Source: the human T2T-CHM13v2.0 reference genome, Homo sapiens. Taken from it: DNA of 64,000 bases. Where the stretch lies: assembly GCF_009914755.1 (NCBI RefSeq), contig NC_060933.1. One strand, given 5' to 3'. This document shows positions 57,500 through 64,000 of this stretch, piece by piece (position 1 is the stretch's first letter; each line of letters starts with the position of its first letter). Under the pieces are notes generated by a model that saw nothing but the letters and a program-made list of their open reading frames with translations, had not been told where the DNA came from and did not search any database. Position numbers and translations under genes: made by a program.

Positions 57500-60400
57500 T
57501 GCATTCCATTCCATTCCATTCCCCTGTACTCGGGTAGATTCCATTCCATTCCATTCCACTCCATTCGGTTCCGTTGCATTCCATTCTATTGCATTCCATT
57601 CTATTCGGGTTAATTCCATTCCATTCTATTCCATTCCATTCCATTCCATTCCATTGCAATGGAGTTGATTCCATTCCATTCCATTCCATTCCGGATGATT
57701 CCATTCCATTGCATTCCATTCCATTCCATTCTCCTGCACTCGTGTTGATTCCATTCCCTTCCATTCCATTCCATTCCGTTCCATTCCATTCCATTCCATT
57801 CTATTCCGGTTAATTCCATTCCATTCCATTCCATTCCATTCCATTCCATTGCAATCGAGTTGATTCCATTCCATTCCTTTCATTCCATTCCATTGACTTG
57901 CATTCCACTCGGGTTGATTCCATTCCCTTCTTTCCACTCCATTACATTCCCTTCCATGATTGATTCCATTCCATTCCTTTCCATTCCATTCCATTGCCTT
58001 GCATTCCAATCGGGTTGATTCCATTCCCTTCTTTCCACTCCATTACATTCCCTTCCATTCCACTCGGAATGATTGATTCCATTCCATTCCATTCCATTTC
58101 ATTCCATTGCAATCCATTCCAATCCATTCCATTCCATTCCACTCGAGTTGAATTCATTCCATTCCTTTCCATTCCATTCCATTCCTTTCCACTCGAGTTG
58201 ATTCCATTCCATTCCAATCCATTGTATTCCATTCCATGCCATTCCACTCGGGTTGATTCCATTCCTTTGCATTCCATTCCATTCCATTCCATTCCATTCC
58301 ATTCCATTCCATTCCGTTGCATTCCATTCCATTACATTCGAATTGATTCTATTCAACTCCCTTACTCTCCATTACATTCCATTCCATTCGGGTTGTTCCA
58401 TTCCATTCCATTCCATTCCACTCCATTCCATTCCATTCCTCTCCATTCCATTGCACTCGGGTTGATTCCATTCCATTGCATTCCATTCCATTCCATTCAA
58501 TTCCATTCCGTTCCATTCCATTCCATTACATTCGGATTGATTCTATTCAACTCCCTTACTCTCCATTACATTCGATTCCATTCGGGTTGTTCCATTCCAT
58601 TCCATTCCATTCCACTCCATTCCATTGCACTCGGGTTGATTCCATTCCATTCCATTCCATTCCGGAAGATTCCATTCCATTACATTACATTACATTACAT
58701 TCCCCTGCACTCGCGTTGATTCCATTCCATTCCATTCCATTCCATTCCATTCCATTCCATTCCTTTCCGTTCCATTCCATTCAATTCCATTCCGTTCCGT
58801 TCCGATCCGTTCCGTTCAATTCCATTCCATTCCATTCTATTCGGGTTAATTCCATTCCATTCCATTCGATTGCGATCGAGTTGATTCCATTCCATTCCAT
58901 TCCATTCCATTCTTTTCCATTCCATTACGGATGATTCCATTCCATTGCATTCCATTCCATTCCATTCCCCTGTACTCGGGTTGATTCCATTCCATTCCAT
59001 TCCAATCCATGCCATTCCACTCGTGTTGATTCCATTCTTTCCATTCCATTCAAGTTGAATCCATTCCATTGCATTCCATTCCATTCGATTCCATTCGATT
59101 GCACTCGGGTTGATTCCATACCATTGCATTCCATTCCATTCCATTTCATTCCATTCCATTCCTTTCCATTCCATTCCATTCCATTCCATTCCATTCCATT
59201 CCATTGCAATCGAGTTGATTCCATTCCATTCCATTCCATTCCATTCCATTCCATTCCATTGCAATCGTGTTGATTCCATTCCATTCCTTTCCATTCCATT
59301 CCATTGCCTTGCATTCCAATCGGGTTGATTCCATTCCCTTCTTTCCACTCCATTACATTCCCTTCCATTCCACTCGGAATGATTGATTCCATTCCATTCC
59401 ATTCCATTTCATTCGGTTGCAATCCATTCCAATCTATTCCATTCCATTCCATTCCACTCCAGTTGATTTCATTCCATTCCTTTCCATTCCATTCCATTCC
59501 TTTCCACTCGAGTTGATTCCATTCCATTCCATTCCATTGCATTCCATTCCATGCCATTCCACTCGGGTTGATTCCATTCCATTGCATTCCATTCCATTCC
59601 ATTCCATTGTATTCGGGTTAATTCCATTCCATTCCGTTCCATTCCATTCCATTCCATTCCATTCCATTACAATCGAGTTGATTCCATTCCATTCCATTCC
59701 ATTCCAGTCCTTTCCATTCCATTCCACTCGGGTTGATTCCATTCTATTAGTTTCCATTCCATTCCATTCCCTTCCATTGTATTCGGGTTAATTCCATTCC
59801 ATTCCATTCCATTCCATTCCATTCCATTCCATTCCATTACAATCGAGTTGATTCCATTCCATTCCATTCCATTCCATTCCAGTCCTTTCCATTCCATTCC
59901 ACTCGGGTTGATTCCATTCTATTAGTTTCCATTCCATTCCATTCCCTTCCATTCCACTCTTGTTGATTCCATTCCTTTCCATTCCACTCGAATACATTCC
60001 CTCCTATTCCACTCGGAACGATTCCATTCCATTCCATTCCATTCCATTCCATTCCATTCCATTTCGTTCCATTCCATTCTATTCCGTATCATTCCATTCC
60101 ATTCCATTCCATTCCATTCCATTCCATTCCATTGTACTCGGGTTGATTCCATTCCATTGCATTCCATTCCATTCCATTCCATTCCATTCCGTTGCATTCC
60201 ATTCCATTACATTCGAATTGATTCTATTCAACTCCCTTACTCTCCATTACATTACATTCCATTCGGGTTGTTCCATTCCATTCCATTCCATTCCACTCCA
60301 TTCCATTGCACTCGGGTTGATTCCATTCCATTCCATTCCATTCCATTCCATTCCATTCCATTCCGGATGATTCCATTCCATTGCATTCCGTTCCATTACA

Positions 60401-62950
60401 TTCCCCTGCACTCACGTTGATTCCATTCCATTCCATTCCATTCCATTCCATTCAATTCCATTCCATTACAATTCGTTCCATTCCATTCTATTCCGTACCA
60501 TTCCATTCCATTCCATACCATTCCATTCCGTTCCATTCCGTTCCGTTCCGTTCCATTCCATTCCATTCCATTCTATTCGGGTTAATTCCATTCCATTCCA
60601 TTCGATTGCAATCGGGATGATTCCATTCCATTCCATTCCATTCCATTCCATTCCATTCCATTCCATTACAGTCGAGTTGATTCCATTCCATTCCATTCCA
60701 TTCCATTCCAGTCCTTTCCATTCCATTCCACTCGGGTTGATTCCATTCTATTAGTTTCCATTCCATTCCATTCCCTTCCATTCCACTCTGGTTGATTCCA
60801 TTCCTTTCCATTCCACTCGAATACATTCCCTCCTATTCCACTCGGAACGATTCCATTCCATTCCATTCCATTCCTTTCCATTCAATTCCATTTCGTTCCA
60901 TTCCATTCTATTCCGTATCATTCCATTCCATTCCATTCCATTCCATTCCATTCCATTCCATTCCATTGTACTTGGGTTGATTCCATTCCGTTGCATTCCA
61001 TTCCATTCCATTCCATTCCATTCCGTTGCATTCCATTCCATTACATTCGGATTGATTCTATTCAACTCCCTTACTCTCCATTACATTCCATTCCATTCGG
61101 GTTGTTCCATTCCATTCCATTCCATTCCACTCCATTCCATTGCACTCGGGTTGATTCCATTCCATTCCATTCCATTCCATTCCATTCCGGATGATTCCAT
61201 TCCATTGCATTCCGTTCCATTACATTCCCCTGCACTCGCGTTGATTCCATTCCATTCCATTCCATTACATTCAATTCCATTCCATTACAATTCGTTCCAT
61301 TCCATTCTATTCCGTACCATTCCATTCCATTCCATACCATTCCATTCCATTCCGTCCCATTCCATTCCGTTCCATTCCGTTCCATTCCATTCCATTCCAT
61401 TCTATTCGGATTAATTGCATTCCATTCCATTTCATTCCATTCTATTCCATTCCATTGCAATCGAGTTGAATCCATTGCATTTCATTCCATTCCATTCCAT
61501 TCCATTCCATTACGGAAGTTTCCATTCCATTGCATTCCATTCCATTCCATTCCCCTGCACTCGCGTTGATTCCATTCCATTCCATTCCATTCCATTCCGT
61601 TCCGTTCCATTCCATTCCATTCCATTCCGTTCCGTTCCATTCCATTCCATTCCATTCTATTTGGGTTAATTCCATTCCATTCCATTCGATTGCAATCGAG
61701 ATGATTCCATTCCATTCCATTCCATTGCATTCCATTCCATTCCAATCCTTTCCATTCCATTACGGATGATTCCATTCCATTGCATTCCATTCCATTCCAT
61801 TCCCCTGTACTCTGGTTGATTCCATTCCATTCCATTCCAATCCATGCCATTCCACTCGTGTTGATTCCATTCTTTCCATTCCATTCAAGTTGATTCCATT
61901 CCATTGCATTCCATTCCATTCGATTCCATTCGATTGCACTCGAGTTGATTCCATTCCATTGCATTCCATTCCATTCCATTCCATTCCATTCCATTCCATT
62001 CCATTCCGTTCCATTCCATTCCATTACATTCGGATTGATTCTATTCAACTCCCTTACTCTCCATTACATTCCATTCCATTCGGGTTGTTCCATTCCATTC
62101 CATTCCATTCCACTCCATTCCATTGCACTCGGGTTGATTCCATTCCATTCCATTCAATTCCATTCCATTCCATTCCGTTCCGGAAGATTCCATTCCATTG
62201 CATTCCATTCCATTCCATTCCCCTGCACTCGCGTTGATTCCATTCCATTCCATTCTATTCCATTCCATTCCCTTCCTTTCCGTTCCATTCCATTCCATTC
62301 CATTCCATTCCATTCCGTTCCATTCCATTCCATTCCATTCTATTCGGGTTAATTCCATTCCATTCCATTCGAATGCAATCTAGTTGATTCCATTCCATTC
62401 CATTCCATTCCATTCCATTCCATTCCATTCCATTCCATTACGGATGATTCCATTCCATTGCATTCCATTCCATTCCATTCCCCTGTACTCGGGTTGATTC
62501 CATTCCATTCCATTCCAATCCATGTCATTCCACTCGTGTTGATTCCATTCTTTCCATTCCATTCAAGTTGAATCCATTCCATTGCATTCCATTCCATTCG
62601 ATTCCATTCGATTGCACTCGGGTTGATTCCATTCCATTGCATTCCATTCCATTCCATTCCATTCCATTCCATTCCATTCCATTCCGTTCCATTCCATTCC
62701 ATTACATTCGGATTGATTCTATTCAATTCCCTTACACTCCATTACATTCCATTCCATTCGGGTAGTTTCCATTCCATTCCATTCCATTCCTCTCCATTTC
62801 ATTGAACTCGGGTTGATTCCATTCCTTTGCATTCCATTCCATTCCATTCCATTCAATTCCGTTCCATTCCATTCCATTACATTCGGATAGATTCTATTCA
62901 ACTCCCTTACTCTCCATTACATTCCATTCCATTCGGGTTGTTCCATTCCA
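57500..62950 (-). repeat. Long-range interrupted copy of ~27,500-32,300 (offset ~30.0-30.8 kb)
   Basis: TACTCGGGTAGATT 27521/57527, identical ORFs 27568/57574, CTTCCATTGTATTCGGG 28931/59771, TCGGATTAATTGC 30591/61406, CATGTCATTC 31861/62521, ATTTCATTGAACTCG 32121/62796. Confidence 0.8.
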
Positions 62951-64000
62951 TTCCATTCCATTCCACTCCATTCCATTGCACTCGGGTTTATTCCATACCA
63001 TTCCATTCCATTCCATTCAATTCCATTCCATTCCGGAAGATTCCATTCCATTGCATTCCATTCCATTCCATTCCCCTGCACTCGCGTTGATTCCATTCCA
63101 TTCCATTCCATTCCATTCCGTTCCTTTCCGTTCCATTCCATTCCATTCCGTTCCGTTCCATTCCATTCCATTCCATTCTATTCGGGTTAATTCCATTCCA
63201 TTCCATTCGATTGCAATCGAGTTGATTCCATTCCATTCCATTCCATTCCATTCCATTCCTTTCCATTCCATTCCATTCCTTTCCATTCCATTACGGATGA
63301 TTCCATTCCATTGCATTCCATTCCATTCCATTTCCCTCTACTCGGGTTGATTCCATTCCATTCCATTCCAATCCATGCCATTCCACTCGTGTTGATTCCA
63401 TTCTTTCCCTTCCATTCAAGTTGAATCCATTCCATTGCATTCCATTCCATTCCATTCCCCTGCAGTCGGGTTGATTCCATTCCATTCCATTCCATTCCAT
63501 TCCATTCCATTCCATTCCATTCCGATCAAGTTGATTCCATTCCATTCCATTCCATTGCATTCCATTCCATTCCACTCCATTCCAGTCCTTTCCATTCCCT
63601 TCCACTCGGGTTGATTCCAATGTATTCCTTTCCATTCCATTCCATTCCATTGCAATGGAGTTGATTCCATTGCTTTGCATTCCATTCCATTCGATTCCAT
63701 TCCGGATGATTCCATTCCATTGCATTGTATTCCATTCCATTCCCCTGCACTCGGGTTGATTCCATTCCATTCCACTCCATTCCATTCCATTCCATTCCAT
63801 TCCAATGTATTCGGGTTAATTCCATTCCATTCCATTCCATTCCATTCCATTCCATTACAATCGAGTTGATTCCATTCCATTCCATTCCATTCCATTGCAT
63901 TCCATTCCATGCCATTCCACTCGGGTTGATTCCATTCCTTTGCATTCCATTCCATTCCATTCCATTCCATTCCATTCCATTCCATTCCGTTGCATTCCAT

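Larger units (their letters stand above)
16949..64000 (-). repeat. Satellite III (HSat3) array in inverted orientation, (ATTCC)n on +
   Basis: Continuous CCATT pentamers carrying reverse complements of the same motifs (ACTCGGGTTG, AATCGAGTTG, ATTCGGGTTA, CCGGATG). I saw no further orientation switch up to 64,000. Confidence 0.97.

Noticed and set aside
41-64000. Hundreds of ORFs, up to 361 aa (2321-3406) and 356 aa (38388-39458)
   Set aside because: GGAAT and ATTCC repeats contain no stop codon in any frame and supply frequent ATGs. The products are MEWNG/IPFHS low-complexity strings overlapping in all six frames, with no domain, splice or codon evidence.
1-64000. CRISPR-like alternation of conserved motifs and intervening sequence
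   Set aside because: The intervening sequence is pentamer repeat of variable length, not unique spacers. There are no cas genes and the context is a primate satellite.
1-64000. Transposon insertion or non-satellite island
   Set aside because: I saw no Alu, L1 or LTR sequence, poly-A tail or target-site duplication. Even the most complex motifs stay in pentamer register.
1-64000. HSat2, telomeric or alpha-satellite identity
   Set aside because: CATTCGATTC occurs only sporadically. There are no TTAGGG arrays and no 171-bp AT-rich monomers or CENP-B boxes. The 175-bp spacing is built from pentamers.

Overview
The whole 64 kb is one classical pericentromeric satellite: (GGAAT)n interspersed with the CAACCCGAGT-type decamer, i.e. 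human (or great-ape) Satellite III / HSat3. I see no genes, RNA genes or transposon insertions. Every ORF in the track is a by-product of the stop-free pentamer (MEWNG/IPFHS peptides). The main structure is a single strand inversion at ~16,950. GGAAT is on the + strand to the left and on the - strand to the right, so the G-rich strands converge. The join is a 28-bp near-perfect palindrome built on a 5-bp ACTCG microhomology, with small rearrangements on both sides. The array is not a regular higher-order repeat. It is a mosaic of recurring variant-motif modules with tandem duplications of 70-1,095 bp and multi-kb blocks re-used 8-34 kb apart in shuffled order. About 40 perfect heat-shock elements (GGAAT-CTTCC-GGAAT) sit in register with the pentamer lattice. 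All comparisons and counts were made by eye and from the ORF track, so block edges are approximate. I found no evidence for a novel coding system.
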